Origin: Tubulanus polymorphus
Lineage: Eukaryota; Animalia; Nemertea
NCBI RefSeq assembly: GCF_964204645.1
Contig: NC_134030.1
Location: 9,451,222 to 9,515,221, forward strand
DNA length: 64,000 nucleotides
Direction of reading: 5' to 3'
Below, in pieces: positions 49,661-62,475 of the stretch (position 1 is its first letter; every line of letters begins with the position of its first letter). The position numbers and the translations under genes were made by a program. Below the pieces are notes generated by a model. The model did no database searches. It saw only the letters and a program-made list of their open reading frames with translations, and was not told the DNA's origin.

Positions 49661-52600
49661 TAAGTCACAGATTTCCCTAACGTGACAGGTTTATGCATGC
49701 CCCCTTCCAATCGTGTTCATGTGCAAGCAAAGAAATATATTAAACAAATATCTAGGCAGTGACAATTTGTGATAAATCGAATAACTGTTTGCCACCTTGG
49801 GCCGTACACTAGTGGATGGCACTAGTGGATCATTCCTGGCGACCAGGTTTAACCACCACGAGCAGCAGCAATCACTGATAGACGTCTAGTAAAACCGTCA
49901 TCATTAAAGAAACAATCAGTAAAAATATATCAAACCCTAATATAAACCATTACTATCGATGCAGATGGAGCATTCAACCCCGTTCCAGGAAGTTCAAGCC
50001 GGAATAACTGTTTGGCGATGAAGTGAACAAGAGATCCTTCAATTCAGGTAGATATTTCTTAAGGTCCTAATCTCCTATACAGACCTCTACAAACCAGTTT
50101 CAGTATAGCAAATTTACCTTAAAGTCCTGCATGGAAATTCTTGGAACTCAAAACATTTTGAATCTTGTTGAATCTGGTTTTCAATTTTGTATCCAATGCA
50201 GAAATAATGATTTTCTGTGTTTTGTATTATTTCAGATGTAGGCGTAACGCTAGAGTTTTGTTTATTCTACTCAAAAGAAGGTGATGTTTAGATCAGGTTC
50301 GTTTAGTTACTCTTATTTATATCAAATATTTGATATGATTTTTGTGAAATTGCTCTAATGATGTTATAATGAATGTTGTTTGATTTATATTCAGTCTAAT
50401 GGAGGAGGATCTCAATAACTGAAACCTGCGACACGTCTACACCTGAAATTGACTGCGCGTCAAATGAATGAATTATTGATTCTAAATGACTGTGATGTTT
50501 CATGCTGATTGGAGGATTTGGAGGAATGTCTCAGGTTCGAACCCAATGACTGTGTTGCGATGTCCCAGGTTCAAACCCAGTGATTCTGATCAGATGATGA
50601 ACCAAGGTGTCTTACTTCACATACATTAGTTACATGTTCGCCACCTATTGGAATTTTGCTGAACCACTAAATTACTGGAAAAGCTAATAGCGACGATTGG
50701 CAATGAGTTATATATCGCAGGCGCCATCTATCGGAAATTTGAGTTGTGAACTTCTTTTTGATCTGAACACATTGTATCACAAAATCTGAGCGACTAAAAG
50801 CCCTCCAGGGATGGGGCAGTGAAGTTTACCATCAGTACTGAGATGATTTTGGGGTAGAACCAGTGTCTCCAGTAACATTTGCATCATTCAAAATCTACTC
50901 AACCAATAAAAACAAACTACAAACCAAATTTGAGAATCTACAGAGCTTCATTTCTGAATGATTGTTGTTTGTTTTGACTGGTGCGTTGTCATGGTGATGG
51001 CAAGGTGAATTTCTGGATCCGATTTCTGGAAAATTAGTAATTCCTCAAAACAGAGCCAAATTTCAAACTGAAATGAATAACTACACTAATTTTCATTGAT
51101 ATGATAACAAAATGAATTTATTTGAGCAAAATATTTCATAGAAATATAAAATTAACCTCGAATGATGATACTGGAGGCCGTAATGTTGAGTCCGGGTGAC
51201 CCCTAGATACTTCAGACCGCACAGATGATGATGAAAACCGTCATGATAACTGTGTTCTCCCCTTTCTTCAGAATCAAGCTATAAATTAAGAAAAGATATT
51301 TGCATTATTTACTTAAAAGTGTCATTATTGCTTAGGCTACATTCTGCTTTCATCAATATCAATATCTATAGGCCTATGTGCCCCTAGAGGAACCTTATCT
51401 ATTTTCTGAATTGATTATCAATGGAGTTTCAATGCACCTTATTTCTTATGCATCATCTATGGGAAATATAGAATGAAATGTATTCAATGAATTAAACTCT
51501 GTGTCCGTGATTCGAACCCTGTAACTTGCCATTGGCTGTTGAAGGAGAGGATTTTTCCCAGGTTCCAGCGTCCGCATATTTGACACCAAATTTCACAAAA
51601 TTTTCTTTCCATACAAAAACTAACTCATTTTTACTATAGAATCAATTTTATATAGGTCTATATATTGTTCATGGAAATAAATAGAAATATATTAATTATT
51701 TCTTTATACTATGGTCTGATGGTGCATGGTCTTTTGGTCCCCTTCTTTTCCCTTCTTAGGATAGCGGACACACAGCAGGAAAACTGGAATAATCATTTGT
51801 CACATCCCAAATACCCCCGTCCCCAGACGCGCATCCGCATGTGGTATAAGTCAAACCTCGGACTACATTAAACGCTACCTGGGTTCAAGTTGACGTGTTT
51901 GATTGAGTTCGGACACTTATTTGATCAGTAACTTTGAGCCTTTATTTCGCTTCTCTTGCCCCCATCCCCGACCAGTACATGGCGCCTAATCGTATATCAA
52001 AGGAGTCTCATCTACGAACCTGTTCGTTGTACGTTCGTCGCCCGATAGAATCGAGAGAATTTTGCCCTCCATATGATTTCTACATAATGATATGCTGCAG
52101 TCACATGTATCATATTATCTCGTGCGCGACGCCGTCTCTATAATGATATCACAAACATAGACCCGTCCAGTGAGAGGGTAGTCGCATCTTCAAGTTCTTT
52201 TTTTACAGATATCATTAAAAACGGCGATAAACCTTTATAAACACCCCTAAAACCTCAATCAGTAAAGTATCGAGGATGGAACTATCCCCGGCTCGATATT
52301 TCAAGATATATGTAACAAATGGACCCATCCCGCATCCCGCTGTCGCAATAGCTCGTCCCCCTATTGTTGCAACACAATAGAACACGCCACAATTGAAATA
52401 TCCCGCGCACTAGCAATAGACGATATCCCCCAATTGAGATCGATTAGCCAATCAGCGGCCGCGTACTGAAGCGTGCCTGGGCTTGTCGCAGGCGCCGGGA
52501 AATTCGATTTCATCGAATAAATCGTAATATCAGTCGAATCGTGCGCCATCTTTCGCTATTCTGATTGGATTTTACTCGGAAAGGAATTAATCCAATCGGG

Positions 52601-53268
52601 AATCGTATGTTCATTATGGAGAAATTGTTTTTGGAAAGTTTAAAAATTGTATGAACTAAAAAAATTGGAACGATTTTCAACCGAACTTTGATAGAAAATT
52701 TCGTCTGAAAACTAGATTTTAAAAACTTGGACACGGAATTAAATTGACTCAGGATTGGATTGACTATGAAATAACTGGATCAGGTCGGAAACTGGTGAAA
52801 AGTTGCAGTTTTGTAAGTAGGAACATTTCTTAATATTAACGACTGTAATAATGTTATTTTTCAGTATCATTAAAGGAAGTTTACAAATATCTTGAACATT
52901 CAGAACATAGGATACAAACAGTTTCTATACCTGAATTGTATACGTAATCTAGTACCGGGTATATACAGTTCATTAATACGTTATCAAAACTTTCAGCCGT
53001 TTTTTTACCGATCCTAAATACCCCTCCTTAAATGGGCTAGATATAATATAGTGTTTTTATGCGTGACTTTTGCATGAAATTTATTTTTTTTAAGTCATTT
53101 GAACGTGATAATATGTTGAGCAGGGCTTTCAGAATAGGTCGGCTATGTCGGCTGTCGCATCCGACTAGTAAGAATCCTGTGACGGCTATGAAATATCTTG
53201 TCCGATATCAATGATAGTAAGAAGGCTGTGATCTATGAAATTTCTCGGGTCAAATGAGTTACCAAAGT

Positions 53269-53810
53269 AATTACTGATACTGATTCAGAGTCTTGGTCCT
53301 GATACTGAATAGAGGATGTACAGGGGTGTCCCGGGTTCGAACCCAGTAATTACTGATACTGATTCATAGCGGTCCTGATGCTGATTAGATGATGTACAGG
53401 GGTGTCCCGGGTTCGAACCCAGTAGTGGTCCAAGTTGTCCTGATGCTGAATAGAGGATGTACAGGAGTGTCCCGACCGTACGGTGCTGCCGCTATGCTCA
53501 TCGTTAGCGGGATTTCCATACACGAACTAATGTCAACTCTGGCAATCGTCGTGCTGTCCAGTACTCCGTAACCCTTGCTTGCCAGAGTTGACTAACGTTA
53601 GTATATGAAAATCCCGCTACGGATGAGCATAGAGGCAGCACCGTACGGTGAAATGTAGATATCTCAACAAAAATAATTACTGATAACTGATTCAGAGTGG
53701 TCCTGGTGCTGAATAAAAGATGTACAGGAGTGTCCTGGGTTCGAACCCAGTAATTACTGATTATGATTCCGAGTAATCCTGATGCACAGGGGTGTCGGGT
53801 TCGAACCCAG
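53269..53810 (+). repeat. Tandem ~60-80-bp repeat carrying a tRNA B-box-like GGTTCGAACCC motif
   Basis: About 5 degenerate units aattactgatactgattcagag..ggtcctgatgctgaatagaggatgtacaggggtgtcccgggttcgaacccagt. Confidence 0.75.
53475..53649. mobile_element. Hairpin (foldback) MITE inserted in the B-box repeat
   Basis: ~70-bp inverted arms accgtacggtgctgccgctatgctcatc..gtcaactctggcaa / ttgccagagttgac..gatgagcatagaggcagcaccgtacggt. Confidence 0.75.
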
Positions 53811-55189
53811 CACTATTCTTGGCCTTTCTCGAAAAATGATTAAATAACGCACACACGACTTACAGCAACATTTATATATATTTATTCCTCATTGTCATGT
53901 AACGAATAGTAGTTGGACCATCGAATTGAAACCTTCGCATACCAGGGTAAGAAAGAAAAAATGAATTCCTCGAGTGGACACCAGGGGTCGCAGTTTCACA
54001 AAAAACGACGCATTTTTTAACTGAATTTGTGAAATTTAATCTGGATCAACTCTCACAAAAAGATCTTTTTTGTCGATCTTTGATAATTAATCCGTATATG
54101 TGAAACCGTACCCTCGGTAGGATTTGGTTTATGATGCGGGTTTCAATCAGATTTAGATGCTGCAGTTTCGCACACTGAAAAGCGAGTGTCCAGTTTCACA
54201 GAGAAAGTATGAATCAATTTCAACTGGGATTTACGAGTGACGCACTGAGTGTGTGTGAAACTGCTAGCGTCTGTAATCACAACTAAAACAACACAGAAAA
54301 TTCATCTTTATTTCAAATAAAACAGAACAACAGTTCACACGAAATATTATAGTCACATAATAAAGAAAACCTGTCGATATTTCAACTTTATGGTTTCATT
54401 GATTGAGTGACTTGTCAAAACATGTCCATATTACATCATTATACAATATGTGTATCATACAATTTTTTTACAAAACCAGACCAATAAAACTGGGTCGTGG
54501 GGTACAAACAATTACAAACTAATGCAACCAGTTATCGCTGCTTTACAGCTACATTTAATCTTCAATTTCAATTTTCACTAAAACTTTAAAACCCACTATA
54601 TTGAAACTTAATAGAAGTAAAAGAGACAACATTTTGGAGTCTCTGTAGAGACCATCATCAAGTCTGAAGAATAACTAAAACAGGGAAAAACAAGTTAATT
54701 AGGAAAGTAAAGCGAGTGTTCAGTGCTAAGGTTGAGAGGTTTTGTTATTTTGTGCGTATAGGTTGTTCTAGTTATTTCTTCATTATACTTTTATTATTTT
54801 GATTCTGATTCTTGAAAAATGAATTATGCCTTTTAAATTTGCATATAGCAGGGTTTAAATTATATATTCTATGCCCGAGTCAGGCTATTATTCTATTAGC
54901 AAAAATGACACCACAGCTTTGAGAGATCAGGGGATCAGGGGATGACTCTATTGTTTTTATGGATATGTGATACACAGTCTATCAAACCATCACAAACAGA
55001 ACAACAGTAGGCTGCCCGTGCCGGTCGGCACATATCAACAATATTCATTTGGCTTTAAACTTAAAAATTGCAGATCTGAAATAAGTGGCAGCATATCAAT
55101 CTCCAGGTAGATGGCTGGTTCCTGTCCCTGTCAAATGGCAAATTGGTCCCGATCCCAACTTCGTCCTAGAATAGAGAAAACTTGCGTCA

Positions 55190-55398
55190 GGGATCATCCA
55201 TTTATTACGTACGCATAAAATCTGAATTTTTCAACCCCCCCTCCCCCTCTGTACACAAAATCGGCGAATTTTTTCATATACATTAAGCATTACAGTACGC
55301 AATAGCACTGACCCCTCCCCCCTACCCTCCTCTCCCCTCCCCTCCCCCTCCCCTCCTCTCCCCCTCCCCCTCCCCTAATGCGTACGTAATAAATGGAT
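55190..55398. mobile_element. Short MITE with a C-rich core
   Basis: Perfect 21-bp inverted repeat atccatttattacgtacgcat (55196-55216) / atgcgtacgtaataaatggat (55378-55398). Confidence 0.7.
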
Positions 55399-55421
55399 TA
55401 TATAAAATGTTCGATTGAATT

Positions 55422-55695
<274 letters not shown>

Positions 55696-57319
55696 TCACT
55701 TCTTTCCGGAGAATCACACATAAAAATTCTCTACAGAATAATTAAATGTTAGAATATTATGAAATTAGAGCACAGTGGAGTGATGAAATACTCACCATTT
55801 CTAAACTCATATCAGATAAGTTCAGTGCCATCTAGCAGGATTTCACTTCCAACAGTCATTATGTCATGAAGTTAAGAGAACTGATGATTTTCTGAGAAAA
55901 TAAATTCTTAAAACGATAGCAGCAGCTTCAGCAACTAGAGCTTCTTTACTCTTTGAAGGTGAATATTTTTAATTTCTCCAGTTCCAATAAGTGTTGGGCG
56001 TATTGCATTCTGGAAAGAGAAAATTATGCCAGAAAATGGTTAATGAAATAGATAGAAACTGCAACTTGTTTGTGTTCGATTGACAGAAAACCTACCAGGT
56101 TAATGAGTAGTTTATCACAATGTGTCGAGTATATGCAGATTTCTGAGAGGTTTGATGGTAGCTTTAGACTGCGTCCTCAAGTAAAACGTTGATACCTGCC
56201 AACATTGACCGATCAAAACATCATTTTCTGGACTTGATTTGAAGATCACCACAAATTACTGCAATAAATCGATATAAAACTCACCGCTTCTGACTTGATT
56301 GATTTGTGGAGCGCAATGTTAACTGCAAGTTCAGCTTTATTTTAGACCCTAGAATACAACAGTTGTATAATTTTGATGATTCGAACTTTCACCAGAATAG
56401 AAGTGATTGAAAATTCGCCTTCACTGATTAATGTAGCTCTAATCAGGAAATGAGTTTATAAATGTACAGTCAAACAGAGACTAGAATCTGTAGAGATATT
56501 TACCGGTACCGTATTGGTTTTGAGGATCTAAAGCGATGTCCATCTTAAACAAATGTGAAGTGAATTCCCAATGATAACTGTTCACAGATTCTATCAAGGG
56601 TTCCAGTTATTTCAGCTCCTAAATACAAATTTTAGAAATTGTCAGTTAAGTTGTTAAGTTGAAATAAGAGCAGTTTCACACCAAATCAAACTAAGCCGTG
56701 ATCTTTGAGTGATTGAATGCTGGAAACATAAACAGATAGAATAATTTATATAGAACAGTTCTCTAAAAATAATGAATTTCCAAACAGGTTTTACCTGCTG
56801 CTGCTGGTGGCGCTGTTGCTGCATGGTGCTGGTACTGCCGGTACTGCCAGTGCTGCTGCTGCGGTGTGTATCTCATCCTGTAACTGAGAGTAAAACAGTA
56901 ATTTTTAGTTCAAAAATAATTCAAAATATCAACAGAGACTGTGAAGCATTCTGTGGAGAAATTCATTACCAGTTTTGTACTTACCTTTAAATGAGCCTGT
57001 TTAAATAGTAAATTCTATTGCATTCATTTCATTCTGAAAAGAAAAAGAAGCAATAATCAGTGACAATAGAGCAGAATGTAACATCTCAAATTATCAATCA
57101 ATCAGACAGAAACAGTACAGGATTTCTGTAGATTAAACTGCTGTACTTATTTCATACTGATTGAACAGTTACAGATACATGTAACATTGTGTACAGATAC
57201 AGAGTACAGATCACTGCATTACTTCATCCTGTGATTGAACAGTGATTTAATGTCCTTTCATCTTCATTAGATTCCCATCCATCTAACTAAACCATCAGAA
57301 CATTTTAACTCATCTAACC

Positions 57320-57775
57320 TCCCTCCCCGACCCCTTCCTTCCCACCCTCCCGGACCCCTTCCCTCCCACCCTCCCGGACCCCTTCCCTCCCGCCCTCCCG
57401 GACCCCTTCCCTCCCACCCTCCCAAACCCCTTCCCTCCCGCCCTCCCCGACCCCTTCCCTCCCACACTCCTTCCCTCCCAGACCTCCCCCCGCCCTCCCG
57501 GACCCCTTCCCTCCCACCCTCCCATACCCCTTCCCTCCCGGACCCCTTCCCTCCCACCGTCTGATACCCCTTCCCTCCCGTGCCCCTTCCTTCCCGGACC
57601 CCTTCCCTCCCTCCCTCCCGGACCCCTTCCCTCCCTCAATGCCCTCCCTCCCGCCCACCCTCAATGCCCTCCCACCTAGCCCTCCCTCAATGCCCTCCCA
57701 CCTGGCCCACACTCAATGACCACCCACCTGGCCCTCCCTAAATGCCCTCCCTCAATGCCCTCCCATCATGCCTCC
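57320..57775. repeat. C-rich minisatellite (cctcccggaccccttccctcccRc, ~24-bp unit)
   Basis: Tandem units seen directly. A related array lies at ~60785-61045 in the same orientation. Confidence 0.85.
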
Positions 57776-58636
57776 TCAACTCTCTGGTCTCCTCTTCACA
57801 CACCACTCATCTGTACAATAACTACAAAACGATTTGCCATTTTTCACAATCATATCAATTTCATTTATAAATCAAAATCCTTAATCAATTGCATCATTGA
57901 TGGGACTCACAGATACTTTCTCTACACATTTTGGAGGCATTCAGATGACCTCAAATGATCATATGCCTGGGTTGGTCTTGAAAATCACATGGCTTCATTT
58001 TTACAGATGATTTCTTTATCAATTTCATCACATTATTCCTATTATTTCTACTCCCTCTAATAAGTATTCACAATATATCTCAGTTTCACGACAAGTTGCA
58101 GCAGTCGTCTGTAAACAGATTTCATTTCATCAAATGATGCGAGTTTGAGTTGTAGAGGTTTCATCTACAAAACACCAAACCAAACCCGAGGAACTTAATG
58201 TTGTAAGGGAGGGGGAGGTATACGGAGGGTTCACCCGAACCGAGGAAATAAACCCGAACCAAACCTCCACACTCACAAAATGTCTTGAGAAAGGCAAACA
58301 CAAACCAAGGACAAGAATGATGGCTGAGATCAAAACAATTAATGCTATTTATGTTGCTTCACCAATTCAACATGACGTCACTAAATGAAACCATTGTGGA
58401 CTATTTCAATACTCTCTACTAAAGGTTTCATATAAGCAAGTAGTTTATGGAATCCTATTCATAAAAGTTATTAATCAATGTTTTTAAACTGCTGATGCAA
58501 AATATATACGTCATAAATAATCTGTTTGATTGTCTTTTCAAGTTAACACTTAAACCCAGTGGAACAAATCAAACTCCAGCCATTTTTCCTTCATTTGCCA
58601 TTTTTCGTTTTCACTCTTTTCTCTGATTTTTAGCAC

Positions 58637-58825
58637 TTGAGTCGAGGTAGGAATAGACCCCTGCCCGCTCGCTAAGCGTGCAGGACACTAAACCTTCGAA
58701 TTGCTCTCGACCCTTCTCTTTATATTTCATCTTTTTTGAGTCGAGGTAGGAATAGACCCCTGCCCGCCCTCTAAGCGTGCAGGACACTAAACCTTCGAAT
58801 TGCTCTTGGACCCCACTCTTTATAT
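58637..58825. repeat. 99-bp-period direct repeat (2 copies)
   Basis: ttgagtcgaggtaggaatagacccctgcccgc..taagcgtgcaggacactaaaccttcgaattgctct at 58637 and 58736. Confidence 0.9.
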
Positions 58826-59120
58826 CAGCATTTCATGCTGTTTTATTTTATTCACGCATTCGCTTTACATTTTTTCATATGGCTTTTCCTTATTTGTCGT
58901 CTCACTAAAATTCTCATCCGTTCCGACTGGGATCAAGTTTAATCTTTTAGAGACAAACAGCAAAAGGTTGTGTAAGTTGCACCAGCAGCAGCAGCAGCAG
59001 CTGCAGCAGCAACACTGATACAGATGAATCTTTCATTAACTACGTCATTTGTTCCATTCTCAAATATTGAGTCATGAAGGCAACAGAAATAACTTTAAAA
59101 AACGTTAAATCTTTCATTTA

Positions 59121-59360
59121 TGGCCTTGGTTTAGTGACCTAAGCGTCAAAGTTTGGTTCATAGCCCAGGTTTAGTGACCAAAGAGTCAAAGTTTGGTTCA
59201 TGGCTCAGGTTTAGTGACCAAAGAGTCAAAGTTTGGTTCATGGCTCAGGTTTAGTGACCAAAGAGTCAAAGTTTGGTTCATAGCCCAGGTTTGGTGACCA
59301 AAGAGTCAAAGTTTGGTCTATGGTTCTGATTTGGTGACCACGGAGGGTAAATATAGCTCA
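59121..59360. repeat. 40-bp minisatellite, ~6 units
   Basis: ggtttagtgaccaaagagtcaaagtttggttcat(a/g)gc(c/t)ca repeating from 59128 with period 40. Confidence 0.9.
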
Positions 59361-61600
59361 TGGCCCTCGTTAAAGGTAGACAGTTTTATGGCTTTGGTTT
59401 GATTAGCAAATAACATGAGAAATTGAGCGTTGCATATGTTGAATAGGGGAATTGGACTAAACACTCATCACTAGAATAAAGTGAAGAATTATGTTCACAC
59501 TGAATGGGCTCAAAATCTTGTACTAATTGATAAAAACTGAAATAATTCTGACTAATTTGAGTCTATCGGAAAATGATGCATTGATCGAAGTCTAAAAGCT
59601 ATAAACTGACAAATTGATCGAGCGCTGATAATATTTTAAATAACAGCAGAGGATGAAATGACTTTCATAAACTGATATGATCGTGAAAAATGGCAAAATA
59701 CACTAGATATCCCCGCTTTATCAGAGTCTCATTGTAGTAGGAAGATTGCCGTAGACTAACTGTAAAAACTACAACTACATCTGGTTGAATATCATCTGTT
59801 TTTATGGCTTTTAAATTCAGTAAAATATTTCCTGATAGAAGTATAATTAGTTCGCAGCCCCTTAAATTCTGTCTAGAATAGAATTATAAGTCACAGGTAG
59901 AAATAGAATATTATCCTATTCTAAAATGAATATAATAATAGAACAATAGTCTCTCCGTGTCAATCTTTGTCCCACCTAAAAATTGTACAGTTTATTTCAG
60001 AAAATATGTCCCATCTTTTTGAAAACGATAACTAATTATTAAGGATATCTGTGAATAGTGATATACTGATTACAAAACATATCACTTATTCTAATGAGTT
60101 CTATACTCTTCTTCCAAAAATGAAGAGTAGGTCTCTGTCTAAGAATCTGCAGAAAAAAGAGGAAGCAGCGATGAATGTGACTGCATCTCGACTCTCGTCA
60201 ATAATTTTCTAAGTCGTCCTATACAGTTCTCAGTATTTACAGCCGTTTCTAAAATAGCACAGAAGAAAAAACATCTTTCAGCTGGAAATGTATCAGTAAA
60301 CGGCCAGATATCAACAGTAATTATTACGTATGATTGTTGTTTCATTGAATTATTAATGAAACCGTTTTTTGATCGGAGCCAAGGAGCAGAACTTGTGATC
60401 ATTCAAAAAATATCTCTCATTCCTGACATCATTAAATAATGGCCCTAAAAATTGAAACGTCCCAATTCAAAAATCTGGGGCAATTATCTCATAACGATTG
60501 AGAGAAGTGACGGTGAAATAACGTGCGCACTCACCGGGGATCAAACCCGGGTCTCATAGAAATAACAACTAGTAAAATAGAACGAGTCCAATTGGCCGTT
60601 GGTTATACAGCTTGTCATGCATAACAACTGAAACATGACATGTTGCAGTCACGTGTTTCATAATGATTAATCCTTTCTTAGAATAATAAAAAGATGGGAC
60701 ACAATTTCTGAAATATCCTGAACTTCAAGACTAAAACCACGACTAAACCACCTGTACCTGTACCTAAACCCTAAAGCCCCACCCTATATCCCTCCCTCCC
60801 TCCAAAGTCCTACCACCACCCCTACATCCCTCCCAAATCCCATCCCTCCCGGACAAGTTCCCTCCCGCCCTCCCGGACCCCTTCCCTCCCGCCCTCCCTC
60901 CCACACCCCTTCCCTCCCGCCCTCCCTCATCCCTTCCCTCCCGCCCTCACCCCATCCCTCCCAGACCCCTTCCCTCCCACCGTCCCCCACCCCAACCCTC
61001 CCTCTACCCCTTCCCTCCCCCAACCCTACCCACCCTCCCCAAACCCTGTGGTTAGGTGAGTTGAATGTTCTGATGTTTTAGTTAGACGGATGGGAATCTA
61101 ATGAAGATGAAAGAACATTAAATCACTGTTCAATTCCAAGATGAAGTAATGCAGTGATCTGTACTCTGTATCTGTACACAATGTTACATGTATCTGTAAC
61201 TGTACAATCAGTATGAAATAAGTACAGCAGTTTAATCTACAGAAATTCTAACTCTTAAGATACACATGATCTGATTATCACGAAGGAACATGATTGATAA
61301 CAGTTGTATTATTGACATCAGGAACCAGTTTCATATTGATTACAAATAACATTTGAGTTGATCACAATTTAGAAAACCTATAAACCCGCTTACAGAAATA
61401 ACAATCCCAACCATGAACTGATTATAGCCAAATATTCACCAAATGAAATTTGAAATGATTGAATAACTGCAACAGGTTTCTGAAATTTCATTTCAAAACA
61501 TGGTTTATAATAAACAATATAAAATTGGTCCCTTAAAATCAATTCAACAACCGATAAATAAAGATAAATGTAACTTATCTTGAATTTCCACATAGGCTAT

Positions 61601-61825
61601 AGTGATTCCTGATGTCATGCTGAATCCAAGAGTGATTCCCGATGTTCTGTGCTAAATCCAAAAAAGTCTGGTAGTAAAACACTGATTCCTTGTTGTCCTG
61701 TGCTGAATCCAAGTATGATTCCCGATGTCCGGCGCGAAACCAAAAAAGTCTGATTGTGAAACACTGATTCCTTGTTGTCCTGTGCTGAATCCAAGAGTGA
61801 TTCTTGTTTTCCTGTGCTGAATCAA
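61601..61825. repeat. Complex tandem repeat built on gtgctgaatccaagagtgattcc
   Basis: Motif recurs about 5 times, with a higher-order duplication (caaaaaagtctg..aaacactgattccttgttgtcctgtgctgaatccaag twice). Confidence 0.75.
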
Positions 61826-62134
61826 AATTCCCGTTGAACACGTTGAAGTGATACCTATAATAAACAAATCTAAGATTTTCTTTCCTGAGAAATAACTGCA
61901 GAAATATCAAATCTAAAATTCAAACTTACAAATTAGATTGTTCGCTCCAATCTGCAGTTCGTTTATTCAAGGGGTTTTTCTATCCACAGTTTAGGTTTTG
62001 CATCTAGAGTTCAACATGAAATATGAACAAGAAAGTAATGAAAAAACGAACAGTTTAAATATTATCTGTTTCTGAAACCGATGATGATCATCATCATCAA
62101 TATCACAGACGAATGGAGGCAAGTAGAGGCATCA

Positions 62135-62475
62135 ATCCTCCCGCGGCAGGGACTCGAACCTGATGGCATCCAGATTGCCACGATACGAAACCCTGCCACA
62201 CTAGACCGAGTGCGCAGCAGCTACACGCGCAGCTTAGATGATGTCATTAATAGCCAATTAGAAATTCAGTTTTATTTGAGCCCGGGTTTTCCCATTTATA
62301 GTTCTTCCGTGAAATTTACCTCAGCGATTAACGAGCAATCTGTTTGGTGCCGCAAGATTTCGCGCGGTAAAGCTGCGCATGTACCTGCGCACCCGGTCTA
62401 GTGTGGCAGGGGTTCGTACCGTGGCTGAGTGTAGCGAGCGATGTCATCAGGTTCAAATCCCTCCCATGGGAGGAT
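62135..62475. mobile_element. Divergent pair of tRNA-derived SINE-like heads
   Basis: 62135-62235 (minus) and 62370-62475 (plus) share aagctgcgc..tgcgcac(t/c)cggtctagtgtggcagg..catcaggttc(g/a)a(g/a)tccct..gggaggat. This includes an A-box-like cggtctagtgtgg and a B-box ggttcgagtcc. Confidence 0.55.

Larger units (their letters stand above)
57122..61246. repeat. ~4.1-kb segment bounded by ~200-bp inverted repeats
   Basis: 57122-57319 (atttctgtagattaaactgctgtac...catctaacc) is the reverse complement of 61050-61246 (ggttaggtgag...gtacagcagtttaatctacagaaat), with scattered mismatches. Confidence 0.85.

Noticed and set aside
49960-52820. Plus-strand exon-like pieces near 49965-50400 and a CCAAT/CpG-rich promoter-like patch near 52450
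   Set aside because: There is no coherent ORF or homology, and the evidence is too weak without transcript data.
53330-53350. tRNA genes at GGTTCGAACCC motifs
   Set aside because: No acceptor, D or anticodon stems could be built. Only B-box-like motifs are present.
59121-59360. CRISPR-like array (also 53269-53810 and 61601-61825)
   Set aside because: The units are contiguous with no unique spacers, there are no cas genes, and the context is eukaryotic.
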